Shown in pieces: positions 38,415 through 47,195 of a stretch of DNA of 64,000 bases (its first letter is position 1; each line of letters opens with the position of its first letter). This DNA comes from Archangium sp. (GTDB lineage: Bacteria; Myxococcota; Myxococcia; Myxococcales; Myxococcaceae): contig JANLPS010000019.1 of assembly GCA_031367385.1 (NCBI GenBank), forward strand, positions 15,263-79,262. Direction: 5' to 3'. The notes under the pieces are model-generated. The model saw only the letters and a program-made list of their open reading frames with translations. It did no database searches and was not told the DNA's origin. Made by a program: the position numbers and the translations under genes.

Positions 38415-39601
38415 AGCGCGCTCTCTTGGCAATGCTGGTGTCATCGGTCGCCTTCGCCAACCCCGACCCCAAGACGCCCGACGCGCAGCGAGCGCAGATC
38501 GAAGCCGTGCGTGCAGAGATCGCCGCGCAAATTCAACTGCAAGCCTACGACCTCATCGACGAGCTGGTCTTCGAGTGGCTGCAGAACCCACCCTTTGGCG
38601 TGGCCACCCCGCTGGTGTTGGCCGACGTCGGAGTGCCGGTCAGCTTCGGCAGTGGCCTGCAGGCGCTGATCGAAAATCACCTCACCTCAGTCGTGCTCAA
38701 GAACCCGCGCTCGAACGTCGTGCTGACCCACTGCCCGGCGTGCACCGCGATGGTGGTGCACTCTGGCGCGAAGGGCACGGTGGTCTCGCGCGGGGTCGAT
38801 TCACCCGAGGCGTTGGCCGAAGCCGGCACCGCCGCACAAAGCAAGCATGCGTTGTTTCTCGACTTCGAGGTCGAGGGCAGCGCGATGGTCTTGCGCGTGC
38901 GAATCACCTCGCTCGAGCCTTCGTTGCCCATCGTCTACGCGAAGACGCTGACCACCTCGACCGGCAGCGCCGCCTTGCTGCGTACCGGAGATCGTCTGAA
39001 GAGCGCCGCCGACGCGCGCAAAGAATACACCGACATTCTCGAGAACCGCAGCACCTGGACGATACCGATCAAAGTCGGCGTGAAGACCTACCCGCCGGGC
39101 TTTCAAAGCATCCCCGCGCCCCCATTCATTTGGATCAGCGGGGGCGTCGAGGCGGGCTTCAACCAGGCGCGCGCGTGGTTGGCGAGCTTCTCGGTGGGGG
39201 TGAGCTGGGCACCGCAGTCGCACACCGCGTGGTCGGCCCAAGCGCGCGTCGCCCGGCTGCTCACCGGTACGGTCAGCTCGCTCACGCACCCAGATCTGTA
39301 CTTCTTTCTCGGCGCGTCGATCGTCTCGGTCTACGGCAACTCAGCCCTGTTGTTCTCAGACGATGACGTGAGCATCGACGAGCTCACCAGAATCATCACC
39401 AACAACCCCAACCAGACCCCGTCGCGCACGTTCGGCGCGTTTCAAATCGGCCTCGAGCTTCGGGTGAAGAACCGCATCGGCGTCGGCGTCTACCTCGAGA
39501 CGATACCCGCGCTGGCCAGTGACAGAAACATCGGCAACTACCTGAACCTGGGCCTGCTTCGTTTTCAGACCTTCGGTGCCGAGGTGTCGTTTTGCTTCTG
39601 A
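38411..39601 (+). CDS. Secreted protein with probable C-terminal outer-membrane beta-barrel, gene 3
   Basis: Signal peptide VAFA; CPAC motif; amphipathic beta-strands; ends GAEVSFCF. Confidence 0.7.
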   Translation: MKRALLAMLVSSVAFANPDPKTPDAQRAQIEAVRAEIAAQIQLQAYDLIDELVFEWLQNPPFGVATPLVLADVGVPVSFGSGLQALIENHLTSVVLKNPRSNVVLTHCPACTAMVVHSGAKGTVVSRGVDSPEALAEAGTAAQSKHALFLDFEVEGSAMVLRVRITSLEPSLPIVYAKTLTTSTGSAALLRTGDRLKSAADARKEYTDILENRSTWTIPIKVGVKTYPPGFQSIPAPPFIWISGGVEAGFNQARAWLASFSVGVSWAPQSHTAWSAQARVARLLTGTVSSLTHPDLYFFLGASIVSVYGNSALLFSDDDVSIDELTRIITNNPNQTPSRTFGAFQIGLELRVKNRIGVGVYLETIPALASDRNIGNYLNLGLLRFQTFGAEVSFCF

Positions 39602-40572
39602 ACGTTCGGTTGATCTGTGTGTCGGCGCTGGTCCTCGCTCCGGCGGTGGCCCAGGCGCAACGCGAGATCACCCGCAATGCGTTGCTGCGCTTCGAAGAGA
39701 CCATGTCGCTGCGCCGCGAAGAAGGGGCGCGCGAGGTCAAAGAGCTGCTGCCGGCGATCGTGATCAGCGTCACGCCCGCGTTCGAACAGACCCGGGCCTG
39801 GTACCCGACCGCCGCCCTGGCCTCGCTGGTGCACGTCTTCGGAGCCCCCTCGTTGCGCTCGTGCGAGGCCTGCATGGCGCCCCATGCGTACATCGCGAAT
39901 GGCCGCTTCGAGCAGTCGTCGACCGCGTTGACCGCGGCCGAAATCACCCGGCTCGATGCGCTGGCGAGAGGTAAGAGCGCTCCCGCGCGAATCGCGATCT
40001 GGCTCGACGAAACGACCGAAGGGGTCTCGCTCAAGGTCATCGACTTGCAGAACAGCCGCATCGTGATGGCCCAGAACTTCGACCCGAGCTTGAGCGAGCA
40101 GGCCCGCACCACCAAGGGGCAGACCTTCGCCGAAGAGCTCGACCGCCGGCAGCGCGGAGACAGCCTCACCCACACCTTCATCGACGTGGCGCTCTACCCG
40201 GGGCAGCACATCTCGCTCGACTGGGCCGAGCAGTGGGGCGACACCAACGCGAACCTGTCGGGCGTTTCGCTCTCGCTCTTCGACCCCGTGCTGGGCGTTG
40301 GCGCCGAATATTTTCGCGTCATACCGCAAGCGTTGAACCTGATGGTCGGCGCGAAGGTCTTGCTCAGCGTGCCCACGGCGTTGATTCAAGCCATCGCTGG
40401 GTCGAGAGGCCAGGTGCCGACCTTGTTCGACCCGATCATCACCGGCGTGTTCATGGTGCGCCTGCCCATCGCCAGCTCGAATTACGGCGTCATTCTCTCG
40501 GTCTCGACCAACGGCCGTGTCGGCCTTGGCTTCTCGTTGATGAACCTCTCATTGCTACCCTTCTTGCCATGA
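39592..40572 (+). CDS. Secreted protein with beta-rich C-terminus, gene 4
   Basis: Signal peptide AVAQA; CEAC motif; beta-strand-like C-terminal half. Confidence 0.7.
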   Translation: MLLNVRLICVSALVLAPAVAQAQREITRNALLRFEETMSLRREEGAREVKELLPAIVISVTPAFEQTRAWYPTAALASLVHVFGAPSLRSCEACMAPHAYIANGRFEQSSTALTAAEITRLDALARGKSAPARIAIWLDETTEGVSLKVIDLQNSRIVMAQNFDPSLSEQARTTKGQTFAEELDRRQRGDSLTHTFIDVALYPGQHISLDWAEQWGDTNANLSGVSLSLFDPVLGVGAEYFRVIPQALNLMVGAKVLLSVPTALIQAIAGSRGQVPTLFDPIITGVFMVRLPIASSNYGVILSVSTNGRVGLGFSLMNLSLLPFLP

Positions 40573-41204
40573 ACCGACTCCTGCTTTTCACCGTGGCGGC
40601 GATGTGCGCCTCTGGCTGCGCGGCACGAAATTACACCTACTTTCTGGTCGACCCGAACCCGCAGCGGCACCCTGCGCTCAAAGAAGAGGGCACGCTGATG
40701 CGGCCCTTCGCGTACGGCTCGACCACCGTGATGAAGGTCAGGTGGAACGACGGCAACCTGATCACCGAGGTCGACGTGCCGGTGATGGCCTCGGGTCAGC
40801 GAATCGTGATCGAGCACGGCGCGGGCAGCAGCGAGGTGAAGACGATACCGGCGATGCGGGTGGTGCCTCCGACGCCGACGCCGGCTGACACGGCGTTGAT
40901 CGAGGCGTACCGCGCGCGTGGGTTGCGCATCAACGAAGACGCACCCGACGTGAGCATCATTCGCGCCCGCACCGAGATGCAAGACGCGATCAAGACCGGC
41001 AACTACCAGATCGCCCTCGAGTGGGCCGAGACGGTGCTGCAGCGCTACAAGTCGCACCCCGAATTCTTACGAGCCAAGGCCTCGCTGCTGTTGATGATGG
41101 GCGAGCGCGACAAGGCGATTGAAGTGTACGAGCAGGTCGAGGGCATCGAGAGCGACCCTGCTGTTCGAAAGAAACTCGAAGAGCTGCAACGCCAGCAGAA
41201 GTAG
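40569..41204 (+). CDS. TPR lipoprotein, gene 5
   Basis: Lipobox ASGC; TPR-like A.LL..MG..DKA..VYE helix pair; ATGA overlap. Confidence 0.8.
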   Translation: MNRLLLFTVAAMCASGCAARNYTYFLVDPNPQRHPALKEEGTLMRPFAYGSTTVMKVRWNDGNLITEVDVPVMASGQRIVIEHGAGSSEVKTIPAMRVVPPTPTPADTALIEAYRARGLRINEDAPDVSIIRARTEMQDAIKTGNYQIALEWAETVLQRYKSHPEFLRAKASLLLMMGERDKAIEVYEQVEGIESDPAVRKKLEELQRQQK

Positions 41205-41214
41205 GAGAAACGTC

Positions 41215-41925
41215 ATGCAGATCATTGGTCTCGTCATGTTGGGGTTCATCGTGTGGTTCGGGTTCACCGACCGCACTGGCAGCGGCGTCATCTCGGCGTT
41301 CGACTCGCACGCATTCGTGATGGTGCTGGTCGGCTCGGCTGCGGCGGTGATGGTCAGCTCGACCGGCAAGACCGCCTTGCGCACGATCACCGCGCTGCGA
41401 GAATTGATCCCCGGGTTTCGGCTCTTTGGGCGGGTCACTTCGGCGATGGAGGCCGAGCGTGAAGCGGTCTGCGCGGCCTGGCGAGAAGGCAAGCGCAGCC
41501 AGGCGTTGGCCATCGCCGAGCGCAGCACCTACCCGGCGGTGAAGCAGGTCGCCGAGCTGCTGCTCACTCGCTCACCCGCGGTCGCCAGCGCGAAGGTGTT
41601 TCTCGAATTGCGTCACGGCGAGATCAGCTTCTGGCAGCCGCCGATCAACAACTGGGAGATGCTCTCGAAGCTCGGCCCCTCGTTCGGCATGGTCGGTACC
41701 ATCACCGGCATGATTCAGCTCTTTCGAAACATGAGCTCAGACAATTTGAACATCGGCGCGGCAATGTCACTCGCGTTGCTGGCCACCTTGTACGGAGTCG
41801 CATTCGGCGCCGGCGTCGCCGCCCCCATCGGGCACTACTTGAACGGCTTGCTCGACGAGCGGCTCGGGTTTCTCGAGCGCTGCGAAACCAGCGTCAATGA
41901 GCTCGTCGCCCGCGGAGCCATCTAA
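41215..41925 (+). CDS. motA: MotA/PomA-like stator A subunit, gene 6
   Basis: Four TM segments; GPSFGMVGTITGMIQL and IGAAMSLALLATLYG signatures; AGGAG SD. Confidence 0.88.
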   Translation: MQIIGLVMLGFIVWFGFTDRTGSGVISAFDSHAFVMVLVGSAAAVMVSSTGKTALRTITALRELIPGFRLFGRVTSAMEAEREAVCAAWREGKRSQALAIAERSTYPAVKQVAELLLTRSPAVASAKVFLELRHGEISFWQPPINNWEMLSKLGPSFGMVGTITGMIQLFRNMSSDNLNIGAAMSLALLATLYGVAFGAGVAAPIGHYLNGLLDERLGFLERCETSVNELVARGAI

Positions 41926-41928
41926 CCC

Positions 41929-42552
41929 ATGCAACGCCGCAAGATGGGCAATGAGGAAGGGTGGCTGCTCAGCTACGCCGACCTGATCACCAACTTGCTC
42001 TTGTTCTTCGTCGTGCTGCTCACCGCCGCGAACTTGAGCAAGGGGCGCATGCAACAGATTGCCAAGAGCATCTCGGGGCAAGAGAGCCCGCAGAGCCTCG
42101 AGTCGATGCGCAAAGAAATCGACGCGCAGATTCAAAAGCAGAAGCTGCAGGAGCTCGTCGCGACCACCGTCTCTGAAGCGGGCCTCGAATTGTCACTCAA
42201 TTCGGGCCTGGTGTTCGACTCTGGCAAGGCCGCGATTCGCCCCGAGCTCGAGCAGACCATCAACGCGATGCTCACCACGCTGACCCCCTACTCCTCGAAG
42301 TACCAATTCGCGGTCGAGGGCCATACCGACCCGACGCCAATCAACGGCGGGGCCTTCGCCAGCAACTGGGAGCTCTCGAGCGCACGCGCCATCGTGGTGC
42401 GGCAACGGCTCGAAGACGTCGGCATCTCGCGCGGCCGGGTTCGCGTCGAAGGGTACGCCGATACGAAGCCGTTGCCTGAAGAGCAGCTCAAAGGGTTGAC
42501 CCCTGAAGAACGCATGGCCCGGCTCCGCCGCGTCGTGGTGAGGATCTACTGA
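41929..42552 (+). CDS. motB: MotB-like stator B subunit with OmpA-like peptidoglycan-binding domain, gene 7
   Basis: WLLSYADLITNLLLFFVVL (conserved Asp); VEGHTD, NWELSSARA and GYADTKP motifs. Confidence 0.92.
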   Translation: MQRRKMGNEEGWLLSYADLITNLLLFFVVLLTAANLSKGRMQQIAKSISGQESPQSLESMRKEIDAQIQKQKLQELVATTVSEAGLELSLNSGLVFDSGKAAIRPELEQTINAMLTTLTPYSSKYQFAVEGHTDPTPINGGAFASNWELSSARAIVVRQRLEDVGISRGRVRVEGYADTKPLPEEQLKGLTPEERMARLRRVVVRIY

Positions 42553-44384
42553 TGCGTCTGTTTCTGATCAGCACCCTGGTGTCTCTCACCGCGCTCGCGC
42601 AGACCGCGACGCAGCCCGCGCCGATACCGGGCAAGCACATCCCCGCTCCGGTGTTGATGGAGCTGCGGGCACTCGAGAATCAATTCGACCTCTCGCTTGG
42701 CCGCGACTGCGCGCCTGAGAAGTGCATCTCGAAGGGGTGCGTGTATCAAGACCACGCGGTCGTCGACATGCCGCGCAACGCATCGCTGCCAGGCCTGGGT
42801 CAAACCGAAGGCCCGGGCAGCGTGCCGATTCAGGAGTACCTGACCGTCGCGCACTGTGACTTCGCGCACGAGAAGTCGGTGTCGCCGCGTGATGTGGCCG
42901 CGTTGGTGAAGCGCCTCGAGCAGCGCCTGGCCAAGGGCTGGCTGCAGGTCACCGTGGGTCACCAGATTCTCGAGCCGATCTCCGAGAGCCTGCGTGACTC
43001 GCCGCCTCCGCCGCCGGTCGTCGAGCCGGTGAAGCCGAAAGAGCCCGTGGCCGCACCACCGCCTCCCCCAAAGTGGGACGCCGAGGTCGCGCTGCGAGAG
43101 CTGTGGGTGGCCCTGTTGCCCCACTTCTCGTGGATGGCGGCGATCGGGTTGCTCACCGCGGCGACGTTGATGATCATCTGGGCCCTGCGGCGGCTGGGCA
43201 GCCAGACCCTCGAAGAGAAGGCGATGCTCGCGCAGCTCAACGCGGGCACCTTGACGGGTGCTCCGGCGGCTGAAGACCCGGCCGAGAAGAAAGAAGAAGA
43301 GGCGAAGACCGATGGTCTCTCGCTCGAAGATCAAGCCAATGCGGCCTTCGTGGCCGAGCAACATACCCAGTGGGGTTCACGCTTCGACAAGGCCGATCTC
43401 GCCAAAGACGACAGCGTGGTGGTCGAGCTGTTGCGCGAGTGGCTCAGGGCCGGCGAGTTTCCCCTGCTGGCGAAGGCGATCTTCACCTTTGGCGATCGCC
43501 TCTCGGTCGCCTTCCCCTCCGACGGGGAGTACGCGGTGCGCAAGGTCGAGTTCGCCGAATATCTGCGCTCACTCGACCGCACGATGCTGCCTTCAGACTC
43601 AGCCTTTTATCGGCAGCTGAGCCAACACGCGATCGCGGCCTCGCTGAACGCCCAATCTGACGCAGGCATTTATCTCAGCCTTCGAGAAGAGTTCGGCAGC
43701 GCGGGCATCGCGAGCTTGATCGAGCGGCTGCCCGAGCGTCACGGTGCGCTGCTCTTCGGCCTGGTGCCCTCTGACGTGCAAGACGAGGTCGCCCGAGCGC
43801 TGCCCGCCGACGTGCGGCTCGAGACGGCCCGTCAGCTGTTGCTCACCAACCGCATCTCTCGAGAAGAGCGCGGTCACTTGTTCGAGGCCATCGACGCGGC
43901 GCGGGCTGGGCTGGCGCTGCCGCTGACTCCGCCGGCGAGTGACAACGACGTCATCGACCGTGGCCGCGAGTTCGACGCCGCCGGCGCGCTGTCGATGCTG
44001 CTGCCTTTCATCGACGCAAAAGACCGCCGGTCGCTCTTTCTCACCGCGTACCAGCGCTCGAACGGCGCGTTGCCGCACTGGTACGAGAGCATTCTGTACC
44101 CCGACATGCTGCTCAAGGTGCCCAGCGAACTGCAGGCCGACATGCTCCTCGAGGTCGACGTCAAAGGCCTGGCGGGCTGGTCATCGTTGCAGTCGCCGGC
44201 CTGGCAAGAGCACTTCTTGGCGGCCTTAAGCCCGTCATTGCAGAACGCGCTGCGGGCCAGCATGGCGTTTCGCTCGCGGGCCGATCAGCTCAACGCCGCC
44301 CGAAAAGGCCAAGCCGAGTTGGTCGCCTCGGTGAAGAAGCTCGTCACGCAAGGCAAGGTCACCTTCTCTGAGATCGTGGCCTGA
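42552..44384 (+). CDS. Membrane-anchored protein with periplasmic N-domain and cytoplasmic FliG-M/FliG-C-like domains, gene 8
   Basis: Signal peptide, Pro-rich linker, TM followed by RR; C-terminal PDMLLKV..ELQADMLLEVD...FLAALS...GQAELVASVKKLVTQGKV resembles FliG-C. Confidence 0.7.
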   Translation: MRLFLISTLVSLTALAQTATQPAPIPGKHIPAPVLMELRALENQFDLSLGRDCAPEKCISKGCVYQDHAVVDMPRNASLPGLGQTEGPGSVPIQEYLTVAHCDFAHEKSVSPRDVAALVKRLEQRLAKGWLQVTVGHQILEPISESLRDSPPPPPVVEPVKPKEPVAAPPPPPKWDAEVALRELWVALLPHFSWMAAIGLLTAATLMIIWALRRLGSQTLEEKAMLAQLNAGTLTGAPAAEDPAEKKEEEAKTDGLSLEDQANAAFVAEQHTQWGSRFDKADLAKDDSVVVELLREWLRAGEFPLLAKAIFTFGDRLSVAFPSDGEYAVRKVEFAEYLRSLDRTMLPSDSAFYRQLSQHAIAASLNAQSDAGIYLSLREEFGSAGIASLIERLPERHGALLFGLVPSDVQDEVARALPADVRLETARQLLLTNRISREERGHLFEAIDAARAGLALPLTPPASDNDVIDRGREFDAAGALSMLLPFIDAKDRRSLFLTAYQRSNGALPHWYESILYPDMLLKVPSELQADMLLEVDVKGLAGWSSLQSPAWQEHFLAALSPSLQNALRASMAFRSRADQLNAARKGQAELVASVKKLVTQGKVTFSEIVA

Positions 44385-44431
44385 ACGTGGTTCGACGGGC
44401 TCACCGTGAGAGTCACGGGCACAGGCGCACC

Positions 44432-46438
44432 ATGAGAGTTGCGGTTCTCGCGCTGCTCTTCGCGGCTTGCGAAAAAGTGCCCATCGTCGACATCGGAGCG
44501 ACCTTTTCACTCTCCGATGCGACCTGGTTTCAAGACGAAGAGACCCTGTTCATTTTCTACCGGGTCGAAGCCCTGCAGGGCCTGGGGCCGAAGAGCCAGA
44601 TCGAGGTCACCTACCGCACCGACGACCTCGAGCAGCCGTGGGCGAACATCGCTGATCTGCCCGCGGTGCATACCCACCTGCCGGTGAGCTGTGGTCAGTA
44701 CATGCTGTGTGGCAGCACCAGCCTTCACGTCAAGACCGTGCCACGCGATGTCGGCATTCGGCTGCGCTACCACCATGACGGCTCACTCGCGGCCGAGTCG
44801 ACCGTGACCTTCAACGTCGTGGGCTCAGGCCCAGCGCACCTGAGCCGGAGCCTGCTGATCTACGGCGTGTTCGATGCCACCAACACCCACGTGCAGTGGC
44901 GCGCGCGACACCAATTTCCGACCTTGCGAAATCAGCAGGTTCAAGACCTGGGGCTGCGACGATTTTTTCGCGTCGAGACCCCGAGCGTGGGTGACCTGCA
45001 GGGCCAAATCGACGGCAACCCGTACGCCTACGCCTTCGCGCGCAGGTGCCCCGACCACTTCATACCTCTGGGTTGGGCCGTGGCCGCCACCACGACCCGC
45101 GCCATCTTCGCGGCCGAGAGCGTGCCGGTCACCGCCTTCGACGCGCCAGTCATCTGCGGTGAATCGACAGTGACCGACGCCAAGGGCACCTTCAGCGCCG
45201 CGGCCCTCGCGCAGAAGAACCCTCAGACCCGGGCCGCGTTTCCCTCGCTGCGCAGCCCGATCACCGAGAACACCCCGATTGGTTTTTCAATCGAGCCTTG
45301 CGAGCGCACCATCGACGCGGCTGAGCTGGCGATGCAGAAGCAGCGGCTGCAGTTGGTTGGGGCTCCAATCATCTGCAACGACCACTGGCAAGACCCGGCC
45401 TTCGTTGACCGCGTGGTATCGACCCTTCGCACCGCCATCGACGGCGTGCGCACCGGCGGCAAAGACATGGTGCTCTCACTGGCCGTTCATCACGACGACA
45501 CCACCGGCCAGTTTCAAGCCACGGTCGAAAAGGCCCTCGCGCAGATCTTGCCGTTCGAGCGCGAGAAGAGCTCCCCCCGCCTCAGCGGGGCGTTCGTCTT
45601 CGACACCGTCGCGCACCTGGTGTCTGACAAGGCGGTCGCGCGCTTGGCGCTCTGGTGCCCGTCGAACATCGCGGCGGTCGACCTCGATACCGTGAGCAAC
45701 GCGTCGCTGCGCTCCTGCCCGGTGTTGCCCGACATCCCTGATCTCATTCTCGGGCCGATCAAGCTGAGCAGCTTGCCAATCTTGCCGACCCGCGCCCAGT
45801 TCGACACCTTCATCGCGAAGTACTCGGCCCAGCTGACCGGCAGCGTCACCCAGATTCACTACCTCGCCCCAGAGCGCACGCCGACGTCGGCCAACATCCC
45901 CATCGGTGACTTCGGCGTGGTGACCTTCTTCAACAATGAGTCGTTCGCCGCCGCGGCGACCGATGCCTTCTCGTTCTGCACCACTGAAGATTCACGCGTC
46001 AGCTTCATCGCGGTGCGGGTCGCCGATTTTCCCAACAACCCGTTTCCCCTCTCGACGTTGCCCGACTTTCACTCGCAGATGCCGCGCGACACCTACCAAC
46101 TGGGCATCGGGTGGGACTTTCCGTTTCTGTTGCGGCTCGAGTACCAGGTGGTGCTGGCCGGGGCGGCGTCGGCCTTTTCGGTCTCGGTGCCTTTCGGCAT
46201 CGGCGCGCCCAGCAAGGGGTACTACGGCGCCCAGCTGTGGGAAACCGGCGAGATACCGCTGACCGACGCCCTCACCCAGTGCACGCGCTTCTGTGACCTG
46301 CCGACCTTCGATTCTGCCGGCGTCTACAACGTGAGCTCGCACTTCCGCTCCACCTACGGGCATCAGTGCTACCGCCCGGCGTACCCAGTGTTCGACGCGG
46401 CCCACATTGGCGAGGGGGGGTTCCCGCTTGATCCTTAG
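44432..46438 (+). CDS. Large Cys-containing lipoprotein, gene 9
   Basis: Lipobox FAAC; about 670 aa, beta-rich. Confidence 0.8.
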   Translation: MRVAVLALLFAACEKVPIVDIGATFSLSDATWFQDEETLFIFYRVEALQGLGPKSQIEVTYRTDDLEQPWANIADLPAVHTHLPVSCGQYMLCGSTSLHVKTVPRDVGIRLRYHHDGSLAAESTVTFNVVGSGPAHLSRSLLIYGVFDATNTHVQWRARHQFPTLRNQQVQDLGLRRFFRVETPSVGDLQGQIDGNPYAYAFARRCPDHFIPLGWAVAATTTRAIFAAESVPVTAFDAPVICGESTVTDAKGTFSAAALAQKNPQTRAAFPSLRSPITENTPIGFSIEPCERTIDAAELAMQKQRLQLVGAPIICNDHWQDPAFVDRVVSTLRTAIDGVRTGGKDMVLSLAVHHDDTTGQFQATVEKALAQILPFEREKSSPRLSGAFVFDTVAHLVSDKAVARLALWCPSNIAAVDLDTVSNASLRSCPVLPDIPDLILGPIKLSSLPILPTRAQFDTFIAKYSAQLTGSVTQIHYLAPERTPTSANIPIGDFGVVTFFNNESFAAAATDAFSFCTTEDSRVSFIAVRVADFPNNPFPLSTLPDFHSQMPRDTYQLGIGWDFPFLLRLEYQVVLAGAASAFSVSVPFGIGAPSKGYYGAQLWETGEIPLTDALTQCTRFCDLPTFDSAGVYNVSSHFRSTYGHQCYRPAYPVFDAAHIGEGGFPLDP

Positions 46439-47195
46439 CGTCCTCCTGATGGTGGCGTTGTCGGTCGACCCCCCGCCTCCTCCAGACGACACCTCGCTGA
46501 CTTCGCAACGCACCGCCTTCGACGCGTTGACCGAGCGCGCCCTGGGCACCGCTTCACGCGCCGTGCGCTTCGACTGGAGACGCACCACCGTCGGCTTCGG
46601 CGTTTCTTCGAGCATCGTGCTCGACCTCAACAATTTCTCGAGCGGCCGCGTCGGAGGCTTCGCGCGAATACCGGCCGGGAGCTTTTTGATCGAGCTCGCC
46701 ATCACCCGGGTCATCAGCTGGGGCAGCGCCAGCTCGTACCAGCTCTCATTGACCCCCTACCGGCAGTACGGCCGACCGAGCCGGGTGGAGCTCGACCTCA
46801 ACGTCAGCTACCCGCTCTTCGAGGGCGTCGCGACGGCGAAGCTGGGCTTCATCCCCGCGGCGCAGTTCGTGTTTTCAATCACCGCGGGCCTTCGGTACCT
46901 CTACTACCCAGGCTCGCTCTCGAAGATGACGGCGCCCCAAGTCGCTGGTGCGCTCTTCGCCCCGAACCTGGGAGAAACCGAGGTCGCCAACATGGAGCCC
47001 CAGCTCTTGCCGAGCATGCAGATCGATCGCGGCCGGTACCAAGTGATGGCTGGGTTCTCGCTCGACGTGTTCTTTCAGCCGGGTCTGTTCGTGACCCCCC
47101 GGGTGCTGCTGGGCATACCCGTCACCACGCTTGGCAACGGGCAGGGCGTTGGCCTGTGGTGGGAGCTCAGCCTGCTGGCCGGGTGGCAGTTGTGA
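46428..47195 (+). CDS. Probable small outer-membrane beta-barrel protein, gene 10
   Basis: Signal-like N-terminus, alternating beta-strands, ends ELSLLAGWQL; TTG start is an estimate. Confidence 0.65.
   Translation: MILSVLLMVALSVDPPPPPDDTSLTSQRTAFDALTERALGTASRAVRFDWRRTTVGFGVSSSIVLDLNNFSSGRVGGFARIPAGSFLIELAITRVISWGSASSYQLSLTPYRQYGRPSRVELDLNVSYPLFEGVATAKLGFIPAAQFVFSITAGLRYLYYPGSLSKMTAPQVAGALFAPNLGETEVANMEPQLLPSMQIDRGRYQVMAGFSLDVFFQPGLFVTPRVLLGIPVTTLGNGQGVGLWWELSLLAGWQL

Noticed and set aside
41215..42552. Zorya (ZorAB) anti-phage system
   Set aside because: MotA lacks the long ZorA cytoplasmic tail, and no ZorC/D/E-like helicase or nuclease is adjacent; the neighbours are envelope proteins.
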